This document shows, in pieces, positions 17,207 through 25,250 of a stretch of 30,820 nucleotides of DNA. The notes under the pieces were generated by a model. The model saw only the letters and a program-made list of their open reading frames with translations. It was not told the DNA's origin and did no database searches. Within the stretch, counting starts at the first letter, position 1; every line of letters starts with the position of its first letter. The position numbers and the translations under genes are program-made. Origin of the DNA: a virus (taxonomy: Duplodnaviria; Caudoviricetes); IMG/VR virus record IMGVR_UViG_3300017989_004169, positions 1-30,820 of that record. One strand, 5' to 3'.

Positions 17207-18910
17207 ATGTTATATAAAAAATCTAAAGCAAAAGATATGGTTCACAATAAGAGGGAACTAAATAAAATTGTCTATGAAACTCTTCACAAGATGGCAGTAG
17301 TTGCCGGTGCAACCTTAGGTCCTGGTGGAAGACCGGTTTTGATTGATCGTGGTGATCTAAGTCCATTGGTTACCAAAGATGGTGTTACTGTCATTAAATC
17401 CTTGGGTATTGCTAATGCCTCTAATAACATTGTCTTGGATGCTGCAAAAGAAATCTCCATTGGTACTGCCAAAGAGGCAGGCGATGGTACTACAACAGCT
17501 ATTATTATTGCCGATAAGCTAGTTGAAGCAGGGCAAATATTCCTTAAAGCAAACAAGAAATATAATCCACAACGATTAATTAATGAATTAAATCAAGCTT
17601 ATGACACCATTGTTGTTCCTTATTTGCAACAAAACGCAATTGAAACTACAACACCAGAAGAACTACGTAATGTAGCCCTCATCTCCTCTAATGGCGATGA
17701 AAGAATTGCAGATGCTGTTGTTGAAGCTGTTATGGGTGCTGGCGATGACGGTAAAGTATTGATCCATGAAGGCGATGGTGATATTATTGAAGTTCAGCAT
17801 GTCGAGGGGTTTGTTGTTACTTCCGGTCTTAAGGACTTAGGTCAAATTGGGCCTGCATTTATTAACGATAAAGCTGGTCAGCAAGTAAAAATGGATAATG
17901 GTCATGTGGTACTCTATGATGGCTCGCTCAATGATCTTGCAATTCCTGCTCGTATTCAAGAGGCTGTTGTAGATGAAGCTGGTATGTCAGATGGTAAGCC
18001 TATTGTTGTATTTGCACATGCATTTGCTGATAATGTATTGGATAAGTTTGCGAAAACTACTAAAGGTGGTATTACAGTATTACCCGTTAAGACACCAAGA
18101 TCAGGATTACCCAATGGTGCATCAATGTTTCTACAGGATATGGCAGCATACACTGGAGCATTCGTATACGACCCAGGAACACAGGATGATATTAATGATG
18201 GTGGTATCGGTAGTTTTAATTCAGCAGTTGTAAATATGTATGAAAGTTTCATCATCAATACTCCTGATGAAGAAGCAATTGATGCAAGGGTTGAAGAACT
18301 GAAGGCTTTTTTATCGCAAGCATTTGGAGAATTAGATAAGCAACATCTTAGGGCAGCAATTGCAAAGCTCCGAGGCGGTGTCAGTAGCATTATAGTGGGT
18401 GGCACCTCTGAGCTCTCGATACGTGAGAAGAAAGATCGTGTGGAAGATGCAGTTGAAGCTGTGAGATCAGCGATTGCAGAAGGTATTGTTCCTGGCGGAG
18501 CTACCACTATGTTGAAAATTGCAGCAGAAATGAGAGCATCCAAATCACGTAAAGAATCTTGGAGTATCATGGAAGAAGCATTACAGGCACCTTTTATGAT
18601 ACTAATGGATAACTGTGGTGAAGATCCTGAAGCAGTTGTTCAGAAACTAATGCCAATCATTACACAATCTAAAGGATTACCTGAAGCTGTATTTGATGCT
18701 AATAATTATGTAATTGTTGATCCTTTTGAAGTAGGGATTATTGAACCAGCTAAAGTATGTAGAGTAGCATTAGCAAATGCATTATCAGTAGCTGGATTGT
18801 TAACTACTTTGGGTGGTATTGTTGTTCGTCCTTCTGATGCTACACTAGATAATCAACTTGAGCTTGCAGAAGCTTCGTTTAAAAATATGATGAGTACAGT
18901 AGGGGAATAA
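17207..18910 (+). CDS. groEL: GroEL-like phage chaperonin (567 aa)
   Basis: TLGPGGRPVLI, TKDGVTV, GDGTTTA, DRVEDA and EGIVPGG motifs. GAGG RBS. No GGM tail. Confidence 0.93.
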   Translation: MLYKKSKAKDMVHNKRELNKIVYETLHKMAVVAGATLGPGGRPVLIDRGDLSPLVTKDGVTVIKSLGIANASNNIVLDAAKEISIGTAKEAGDGTTTAIIIADKLVEAGQIFLKANKKYNPQRLINELNQAYDTIVVPYLQQNAIETTTPEELRNVALISSNGDERIADAVVEAVMGAGDDGKVLIHEGDGDIIEVQHVEGFVVTSGLKDLGQIGPAFINDKAGQQVKMDNGHVVLYDGSLNDLAIPARIQEAVVDEAGMSDGKPIVVFAHAFADNVLDKFAKTTKGGITVLPVKTPRSGLPNGASMFLQDMAAYTGAFVYDPGTQDDINDGGIGSFNSAVVNMYESFIINTPDEEAIDARVEELKAFLSQAFGELDKQHLRAAIAKLRGGVSSIIVGGTSELSIREKKDRVEDAVEAVRSAIAEGIVPGGATTMLKIAAEMRASKSRKESWSIMEEALQAPFMILMDNCGEDPEAVVQKLMPIITQSKGLPEAVFDANNYVIVDPFEVGIIEPAKVCRVALANALSVAGLLTTLGGIVVRPSDATLDNQLELAEASFKNMMSTVGE

Positions 18911-18911
18911 A

Positions 18912-19613
18912 ATGAAATTTTTAGAAAAACGGTATGTCCAGATATTAATTGCAATTGCAGTTGGTATCACATTAGGGGCAGTATTCTATCCTACTAAACA
19001 TATTGAAAAACGTATCACAACTGAATATGAAAAGAAAATTGATAAGTTAGAAAAGATTCATATTAAATCCACTCAGAAGCTGGTTGAAGAATTTATTAAA
19101 CAAGATAAAGAGATTAAGTCGTATAAAGAAATTACTCAAAATAAAATTAGTTCATATCAATCTGAGATACGCCAACTCAAGTCAAAGATGACAGAGAAAA
19201 CTTACAAATTAATCAAACCTGACGGCACAATCGAAGAGCGTACATTTAAACAGTCTGAAACTGAAGAATATACCTCTTTTGTAAAGTCTGTAAAAGAAGA
19301 ATTTACTCGTAAAATCAATAATATAGAGCAGAAATGGACTTCAATACACAAAAAACGCGTTAATGAACTCAAAACACAATATAAGCAAGAGTATGAACTT
19401 AAACTAGAAGAGTATAAGAAACAGTATGAAGAAACTATAATCGATGTAAATCCTAAGAAATACACACTAGAAGCAGGGTACACTACAGAAAGAAAAGTAT
19501 ACCTACATACATCCTATACATTATGGGGACCAGTATTTGTTGGTGGCCACACAGAGGGTCACACTGATGGAACTGGACTATCTGGTGGGTTAGGATTGGG
19601 GATTTCTTTTTAG
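18912..19613 (+). CDS. Membrane-anchored coiled-coil protein with C-terminal beta-strands (spanin-like candidate, 233 aa)
   Basis: N-terminal TM (ILIAIAVGITLGAVFY), a long K/E-rich helical region and a C-terminus GLSGGLGLGISF. The ORF is solid; the function is inferred. Confidence 0.55.
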   Translation: MKFLEKRYVQILIAIAVGITLGAVFYPTKHIEKRITTEYEKKIDKLEKIHIKSTQKLVEEFIKQDKEIKSYKEITQNKISSYQSEIRQLKSKMTEKTYKLIKPDGTIEERTFKQSETEEYTSFVKSVKEEFTRKINNIEQKWTSIHKKRVNELKTQYKQEYELKLEEYKKQYEETIIDVNPKKYTLEAGYTTERKVYLHTSYTLWGPVFVGGHTEGHTDGTGLSGGLGLGISF

Positions 19614-19614
19614 T

Positions 19615-19622
19615 TGTATAAT
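19615..19622 (+). promoter_or_regulatory. TGTATAAT promoter-like motif
   Basis: Exact motif in a 36-bp intergenic gap. Confidence 0.6.
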
Positions 19623-19649
19623 ATTATTTTAGATTAGGTACTAATTAAT

Positions 19650-20006
19650 ATGCCAAAATTTAGATTTAAATGCAAGCAGTGTGATTCTGTAATTGTAAAA
19701 TATGTCAAACCTGGCACAAAAGAGATAGAGTGTGCCTGTGGTGGCAGTGCAATTTGGCAAATGCCAAGGCTTAATGGGGCTGCAGATGTCACTGAAACAG
19801 TAGATAAAGATTTTGGTACTAAATGGCGTGCTGACCATAAAGATGACCTGAAAAAGCGCAAAGATGAATATTTTTGGCAGCATGAGGTACCTAGATTGGT
19901 AAATAGTGGTACTTATGAGTTGCAAACTATGCTGGAAAATGGCTGGATTAAGGTAAATGATAAAGGGGAAATTGAGATTCAAAACAAGCCACCCCATAAG
20001 AGGTAA
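19650..20006 (+). CDS. FmdB-like zinc-ribbon protein (118 aa)
   Basis: MPKFRFKCKQC...ECACGG matches the MPxYxYxCxxC...CxxCG pattern. Confidence 0.7.
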   Translation: MPKFRFKCKQCDSVIVKYVKPGTKEIECACGGSAIWQMPRLNGAADVTETVDKDFGTKWRADHKDDLKKRKDEYFWQHEVPRLVNSGTYELQTMLENGWIKVNDKGEIEIQNKPPHKR

Positions 20007-20008
20007 TT

Positions 20009-21787
20009 ATGAAAATAGGATCTTTAGAGATCAGCAATATACTCAGTATTAAAAAGGCCCGTATAGATTTTGATGAAACGGGCCTTGTTCTTATTGAGGG
20101 GTTTAATTATGATGATGGTACAGCCAATGGGGCTGGTAAGACTGCTATTATGAATGCTTTGGCATTTGGACTATATGGAAAGCTTCCACGTAATATCACA
20201 ATCACAAATCTCCTACGATATGGTACTAAAAAGGGTGGTGTAATTGTAGATAAAATTGCTACTAATGATGGGATATGGAAGGTTCAGCGTAATCGCCCTG
20301 GCGGTGTCTTATATTTTAAAGATGATGTGCAACAAGATATCAGTCAAGAGGAGTTTGAATCTAAATTAGGATTAACATACTCACAGTTCTTGATATCAAT
20401 GTATTCAGCTCAAACTAAAGGTGAAAAATTTATTGATATGAATGATCGAGGTAAAAAAGAGTTTTTACTACAGCTCATGAACCTTGAGGATTTTTCTAAA
20501 GCTAAAACAGTTGCAGATCAAGATATTAAAGATATTAACACCAAAATACATCAATTACAATTACAAGAAGCAGCACTATCCTCAAGGATACAGGCCTTAA
20601 GTGAAATAGTAGTAGATGTCAATGAATTAAATACAAAAGTAGCAGAATATCAATCAAATATCCAAGAATTTAATCAAAAGATCAAACAACAGCAAGCAAT
20701 TACTAGGCCAGATATATCTCAATTTGATGCTTTAGAACAAAAAATCACAAAACATCGCGATATTATTAACGCTGCCAGTATTGAACGCAGTAAATTAGTT
20801 CAACAGTTTAAACAATATGGACAAGAATATAATAAATGGAAATCAGATGAAATGCCAGGGCACGATGTTATATGTCCTGAGTGTGCGAAATCTATTAGAG
20901 AGGTTAATGGTGAGTTAATTAGTCATGTGGATTTAGACAAAATACAACAAGAGAAAGCTAAGAAAGCCAATGAATTAAGAGATAAATGCAAAGATATTAA
21001 AAAATTAATAGATGCACAAGATGTAATGATTGCCAAAAAGCCTGAAATTGATAAATTAGAAGCTACATTAAGGCAAAAGAAAATACAAAAATATGCAGAT
21101 TACGATAAAGCCCAAGAGTTAATTACCAATTATCGAGCTTATATTGCTCAGCAAAATACTTATATTAATACAATAAATAGGCAAATTATTGAGCAATCAG
21201 AGCGTGTTAAGGAATTAACAGATAGTAAACAAAAATTACAAAATATTACAACAAAAATACAAAATTTTTCTAAAGAGTTGGAATTGCTCCAAACTATATC
21301 CCATATATATTCCCCCACGGGAGCTCCAGCTTACATTATGGATTCGATAGTAGAGGATTTTAACAATGCTACAGCATACGTTTTGGCTAATATATGGCCA
21401 AATGTAAGCTACAGTATACAAACCTTCAAGGAAAATAAATCCGGTGAGATTAAGGCTAAATTCTCAGATAAATTAATACTTAATGGCAAACAAGTGAATA
21501 TTGGTAGCTTATCAGGTGGTCAGCATCGATGCCTATCTTTAGCTATAGATTTTGCTATATTGGATGTTCTGTCGAATAAATTTTCAATCGATATCAATCC
21601 TGTTATTTTTGACGAACCCCTATCTGGGCTAGATAATGCCAATAAGGAAAGAATATTAGAAGTACTTGAAAAGATTGCATTAAATAGACAAATCATCATT
21701 ATTGAACATAGTAGTGAATTCAAATCTGCCTTTTCAAAAACTATCAATGTAGAACTACGAAATGGTATATCCACTGTATCCGTATGA
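20009..21787 (+). CDS. Rad50/SbcC/T4 gp46-like recombination ATPase (592 aa)
   Basis: Walker A NGAGKT, Q-loop YSAQ, coiled coils with central zinc hook CPEC, signature LSGGQ, Walker B IFDEP and H-loop IIEH. Confidence 0.92.
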   Translation: MKIGSLEISNILSIKKARIDFDETGLVLIEGFNYDDGTANGAGKTAIMNALAFGLYGKLPRNITITNLLRYGTKKGGVIVDKIATNDGIWKVQRNRPGGVLYFKDDVQQDISQEEFESKLGLTYSQFLISMYSAQTKGEKFIDMNDRGKKEFLLQLMNLEDFSKAKTVADQDIKDINTKIHQLQLQEAALSSRIQALSEIVVDVNELNTKVAEYQSNIQEFNQKIKQQQAITRPDISQFDALEQKITKHRDIINAASIERSKLVQQFKQYGQEYNKWKSDEMPGHDVICPECAKSIREVNGELISHVDLDKIQQEKAKKANELRDKCKDIKKLIDAQDVMIAKKPEIDKLEATLRQKKIQKYADYDKAQELITNYRAYIAQQNTYINTINRQIIEQSERVKELTDSKQKLQNITTKIQNFSKELELLQTISHIYSPTGAPAYIMDSIVEDFNNATAYVLANIWPNVSYSIQTFKENKSGEIKAKFSDKLILNGKQVNIGSLSGGQHRCLSLAIDFAILDVLSNKFSIDINPVIFDEPLSGLDNANKERILEVLEKIALNRQIIIIEHSSEFKSAFSKTINVELRNGISTVSV

Positions 21788-21793
21788 TATAAT
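21785..21793 (+). promoter_or_regulatory. Extended -10-like TGATATAAT
   Basis: Overlaps the ATPase stop. A second TATAAT lies at 21806-21811. Confidence 0.45.
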
Positions 21794-21828
21794 TAATAGG
21801 TACACTATAATTGTGGAGATATATCTTA

Positions 21829-23628
21829 ATGGCTGACAAACCGACTATTTCAACACCTAATCTTGATTTGGACAAAAACCCAGGGCAAACTATGAGTCCT
21901 AAGGTTCCTAAAATGCCAGCAATTCCAAAGGTTCCACCAAAAACTAATCAAGTTGGTGTATCTCCAGATTCTAAAAAAGACCCCACTAAGCAAGCTGAAC
22001 AAATTAAAGATGCATCCCTAAAACAAGATGCTATGGAAGCTATTAGACTAAATAAAAGTGGTCAATGGTCTCTAGATAAAGTTGATCCCAGTAATATGTA
22101 TTTTCATATACATCAAGATGGTTATCGTATTACTGATAAGCCTATGCATTATAAAGAAATTGTGCAACGCCATGGTCCAGTCAAGGAATTGGAAAGTAAA
22201 GGATTTCGTTTACATCCAGCTGATAAGCCTGAAGAAAAAGTAGAAAAACGTGCCCCTAAAGGTGTAGATCCTAAAAAACATGAACGATGTGTAATGGGTG
22301 TTAAGCAGCAAGGGCATGATGTTGGATCAGCGCATGCTATTTGTTCTGCCTCTATGAATAAAAATAATAGCCAGTGGTCACTTAAGAAAACTGATGATAT
22401 TGTTCGTGAGGAATTAGAGAAGATTGATTGGAAGGGTGTTGGCAAAAAAGCAGCAGGTTTAGCAACAGCAGGTGCTTTGACTGCAGGTGCAATGGGCATG
22501 GGCGCCACAGAGGCCAAGGGGGATGTTGGTCATTTAAAGCATTATCTAAAATCCATGCATGGCATGAATATTGGTGGACATGATGTTCATGTTTCTCATG
22601 AAGATACAACTAATCCTAAACTAAAAGGTAGTACCAGTGGTGCAGGTAATTTTTCCATTAAAGTTGGGGATTACAAAATCAATGGTAGTTACAGTGGTGT
22701 AGGTGATAGTAGCCATCATAAATTACAACTTAGTGGTCCTGTCCATGTTAAGGGTGGTCATGCACCATTTGAAGGGGATTTGGATACCAAGGGGGATGAT
22801 GCTGCAGAAAGTTTGCATAATTACCTATCTGGTAATTCTGACGATAAACATCTCAGTCTACAGAATAAATTAATGCAAGAACGCACAAAAGAAGATGGTA
22901 ATAAAGGATTAAATATAGGTAGTTTTAACCTTGAAAAGCCTATTCAAAAAAGTAATAATGATCAGTGGTCATTAGAAAAGAAAAAGCCACCATTTGACCC
23001 ACGAGCCGAAAGGGGTACATATGGTGGTGAAATGCGAGACCGCTGGGCCCACCATCACGATGCAGAAGCTAAAAGCAAGATACCTCGTATGGAGGGTGCT
23101 GCTCGTACAAGAGCATTGAGTAAACTAGCGGGATCAACAGAATATAGACGTAATCCCCACACCAACGAAGTTGAGTTCTTAATGCATCGAGGAATAAACG
23201 AGGATGAATTAAAGAATAATCACAGTGTTGATAAGGGAATTACTCGATATCATAATGAATCAAAAAATGGATGGACACCCAAGTTAAATGTTGCTCATGA
23301 TTTTGGTGTATATGGTGATTGGGATAATAAAAAAGGACATGTAGTATCTGCGTGGGTCCCAGAAAGCCAATTACACACATCTTTTAGACAGTATGGATCC
23401 GATAGCCCTAGTGAACATGATATGCTGCGTGATGAGGATGAATGGTTAGTTTCACATGAGCAACCATTGCAACACCATAAGGTAGTTGAGGCCGATAAGC
23501 TTCAGACTGGGCCAAAGCCTTCTAAAATACAAAGAATGGCTGAGCAACAAGGGCAAAAAGTAAAGACTATGAAGGACTTTTCACCTGAAGAACTTCAGGC
23601 AATGACTGATCGCGCTAATAAAAAATAA
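21829..23628 (+). CDS. Modular (polyvalent) protein with QWSLxK linkers and a C-terminal ADP-ribosyltransferase-like domain (599 aa)
   Basis: ATG 21829 with GGAG at 21815-21818. QWSL at 22063, 22372 and 22963. ART-like LMHRG...GWT...A..F...EDEWLV. Confidence 0.65.
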   Translation: MADKPTISTPNLDLDKNPGQTMSPKVPKMPAIPKVPPKTNQVGVSPDSKKDPTKQAEQIKDASLKQDAMEAIRLNKSGQWSLDKVDPSNMYFHIHQDGYRITDKPMHYKEIVQRHGPVKELESKGFRLHPADKPEEKVEKRAPKGVDPKKHERCVMGVKQQGHDVGSAHAICSASMNKNNSQWSLKKTDDIVREELEKIDWKGVGKKAAGLATAGALTAGAMGMGATEAKGDVGHLKHYLKSMHGMNIGGHDVHVSHEDTTNPKLKGSTSGAGNFSIKVGDYKINGSYSGVGDSSHHKLQLSGPVHVKGGHAPFEGDLDTKGDDAAESLHNYLSGNSDDKHLSLQNKLMQERTKEDGNKGLNIGSFNLEKPIQKSNNDQWSLEKKKPPFDPRAERGTYGGEMRDRWAHHHDAEAKSKIPRMEGAARTRALSKLAGSTEYRRNPHTNEVEFLMHRGINEDELKNNHSVDKGITRYHNESKNGWTPKLNVAHDFGVYGDWDNKKGHVVSAWVPESQLHTSFRQYGSDSPSEHDMLRDEDEWLVSHEQPLQHHKVVEADKLQTGPKPSKIQRMAEQQGQKVKTMKDFSPEELQAMTDRANKK

Positions 23629-23645
23629 TTGTTGTTAATCTCCTA

Positions 23646-23653
23646 TGTATAAT
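23646..23653 (+). promoter_or_regulatory. TGTATAAT promoter-like motif
   Basis: Exact motif upstream of GGAGG (23660-23664) and ATG 23669. Confidence 0.65.
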
Positions 23654-23668
23654 ATCGTAGGAGGTTAT

Positions 23669-24136
23669 ATGGCTAAGCGAAAGCAAAAACTCACCAAATC
23701 TGGTAAACCAAGAAAAAAACCTAAATGGAACCCTAATGCTGCATTTCGCGGTGCTTTGCGTCGTGTATTTGCTCGTTCCCCAAAAGTGGTTGAGGTCAAG
23801 CAGGCTGCACGTAAGGAAGAAATTAAACACAACAAAGATGGATCAGTATCCAAAAAGAAACGTGTATTGTATCAATGCGCAATATGTGGCAAATGGTTTC
23901 CAGGTACACATGTGGCAGTAGATCACGTTAACCCAGTAATTAATCCTGAAACAGGATGGGTAGATTGGAATGATTTTATATCTCGATTGGATTGTGATAA
24001 AGACAATTTACAAGTCGTTTGTAGTTACACGAAAAAATATGAAGATGAAACTGGTAAATATGGCACTTATTCCTGCCATTATAAGAAATCTCAAGATGAA
24101 CGCAAGGCACTTAAGCTTTTGAAGGATAAATCATGA
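23669..24136 (+). CDS. HNH endonuclease (155 aa)
   Basis: YQCAICG...VAVDHVNPV...NLQVVC...CH motifs and a basic N-terminus. Start placed after the GGAGG RBS. Confidence 0.8.
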   Translation: MAKRKQKLTKSGKPRKKPKWNPNAAFRGALRRVFARSPKVVEVKQAARKEEIKHNKDGSVSKKKRVLYQCAICGKWFPGTHVAVDHVNPVINPETGWVDWNDFISRLDCDKDNLQVVCSYTKKYEDETGKYGTYSCHYKKSQDERKALKLLKDKS

Positions 24137-24399
24137 TTTGTAAACAATGCGGAGATGAAGTACATTATTGTGGTAATTGTGATTATGTAATGCATAAGGA
24201 TTTGGGATACTGTAGTAAACATTGCCTTGAGAGTTCTAAGCCATATTTAGAGGCAACAAAAAACTTTAGTAGTTTTTTACGTACACTAACACCAGATCAG
24301 AAAGTGAGATTTGCTAACTTCCTAGAGGCTTATCCTGACTATGAAATAATTTTAGATAACATGTGGGAATTATTTATTAACCATTCCGACTCTAATTAA
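24133..24399 (+). CDS. Small Cys-rich putative zinc-binding protein (88 aa)
   Basis: CKQC, CGNC and YCSKHC. ATGA overlap and AAGGA RBS. Confidence 0.65.
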   Translation: MICKQCGDEVHYCGNCDYVMHKDLGYCSKHCLESSKPYLEATKNFSSFLRTLTPDQKVRFANFLEAYPDYEIILDNMWELFINHSDSN

Positions 24400-24416
24400 T
24401 GTATTCAATATGATTT

Positions 24417-24424
24417 TGTATAAT
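24417..24424 (+). promoter_or_regulatory. TGTATAAT promoter-like motif
   Basis: Exact motif in an intergenic gap before an AAGGAG RBS. Confidence 0.65.
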
Positions 24425-24463
24425 GTTGTTAATCAACTAATATATTTATTTTAAGGAGTTTTT

Positions 24464-24760
24464 ATGTCTGTTAATTTGGGAAAAGCCAAATCAGTTTTAA
24501 GTGAAACCTTTATTAAGGATAGCGAAGATATTACTGAAGATAAGGCCATGGAATTGATTGTTAAGGCTGAAATGGAAATCAAAGAGCTAGAAGAAGAGCG
24601 GGATAATGATGATCAGCTTAATGCTGCGAAGGTGATTGTAAAAGATCTCAACGCAGGCTACTCATCAGCTATCAAGCACAATAAAGCCAAAATCAGACAT
24701 CTCCTTGGAAAAATTGAAGAAATTCAAGAGGGTAAGGTTAACCCAAACGCTTCAGTATAA
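24464..24760 (+). CDS. Hypothetical helical/coiled-coil protein (98 aa)
   Basis: Strong AAGGAG RBS; charged helical sequence. Confidence 0.75.
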   Translation: MSVNLGKAKSVLSETFIKDSEDITEDKAMELIVKAEMEIKELEEERDNDDQLNAAKVIVKDLNAGYSSAIKHNKAKIRHLLGKIEEIQEGKVNPNASV

Positions 24761-24772
24761 TTGTACTGAAGC
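24749..24772. repeat. Inverted repeat GCTTCAGTA-TAATTG-TACTGAAGC
   Basis: Perfect 9-bp arms spanning the stop codon and a GTATAAT. Confidence 0.8.
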
Positions 24773-24792
24773 ATTAACTAAGGAGAGATACG

Positions 24793-25131
24793 GTGAGTTT
24801 AAAGACTGATTATTTAGAAGGCCTTAATGGATATACGGCACAAATGGCTGCAGTTTTTGCAGCGGGTGTTGATTTTGTAACCACTAATTCCGCCACTATA
24901 ACTACTGAGCTACAAACTGCTGCTAGTAAGGGTAAAAAATCTTTTACAATTACACTCCTTACCACCTTTGAGACTGCAAATCTTCGTCTCGAAGGTACAC
25001 ATATGGATACATTTTTTGCAGGGATTGTTAAAGCATTCGCTGATGAGGACATTTATTCATACGAAGTATCTCCCTCTTTGGATACCACAGATTCTAATGA
25101 TCTATACGTTATCTTAACGTTTACCTTCTAA
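24793..25131 (+). CDS. Hypothetical protein (112 aa)
   Basis: GTG start with AAGGAG RBS; Thr/Ala-rich. Confidence 0.75.
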   Translation: MSLKTDYLEGLNGYTAQMAAVFAAGVDFVTTNSATITTELQTAASKGKKSFTITLLTTFETANLRLEGTHMDTFFAGIVKAFADEDIYSYEVSPSLDTTDSNDLYVILTFTF

Positions 25132-25158
25132 TATACACCTCATCATCCCCACCCACAC

Positions 25159-25185
25159 TATGACCGCATACGCGGTCATATCTTT
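25159..25185 (+). terminator. Probable intrinsic terminator
   Basis: TATGACCGC-ATAC-GCGGTCATA (9-bp stem) followed by TCTTT, 27 nt after a stop codon. Confidence 0.6.
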
Positions 25186-25186
25186 A

Positions 25187-25194
25187 TGTATAAT
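25187..25194 (+). promoter_or_regulatory. TGTATAAT promoter-like motif upstream of the DNA polymerase
   Basis: Exact motif directly after the hairpin. Confidence 0.65.
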
Positions 25195-25250
25195 ATAATT
25201 ATCATATTATTAACCCCCTCATAGGTGTTGAGGTCTAATAAGGACAAATT

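Noticed and set aside
17956-18570. 204-aa antisense ORF and other shadow ORFs in the track (e.g. 4406-4750, 13240-13560, 22149-22517, 29372-29758, 30198-30497)
   Set aside because: They lie opposite or within well-supported genes, have no recognisable motifs, and are explained by codon bias.
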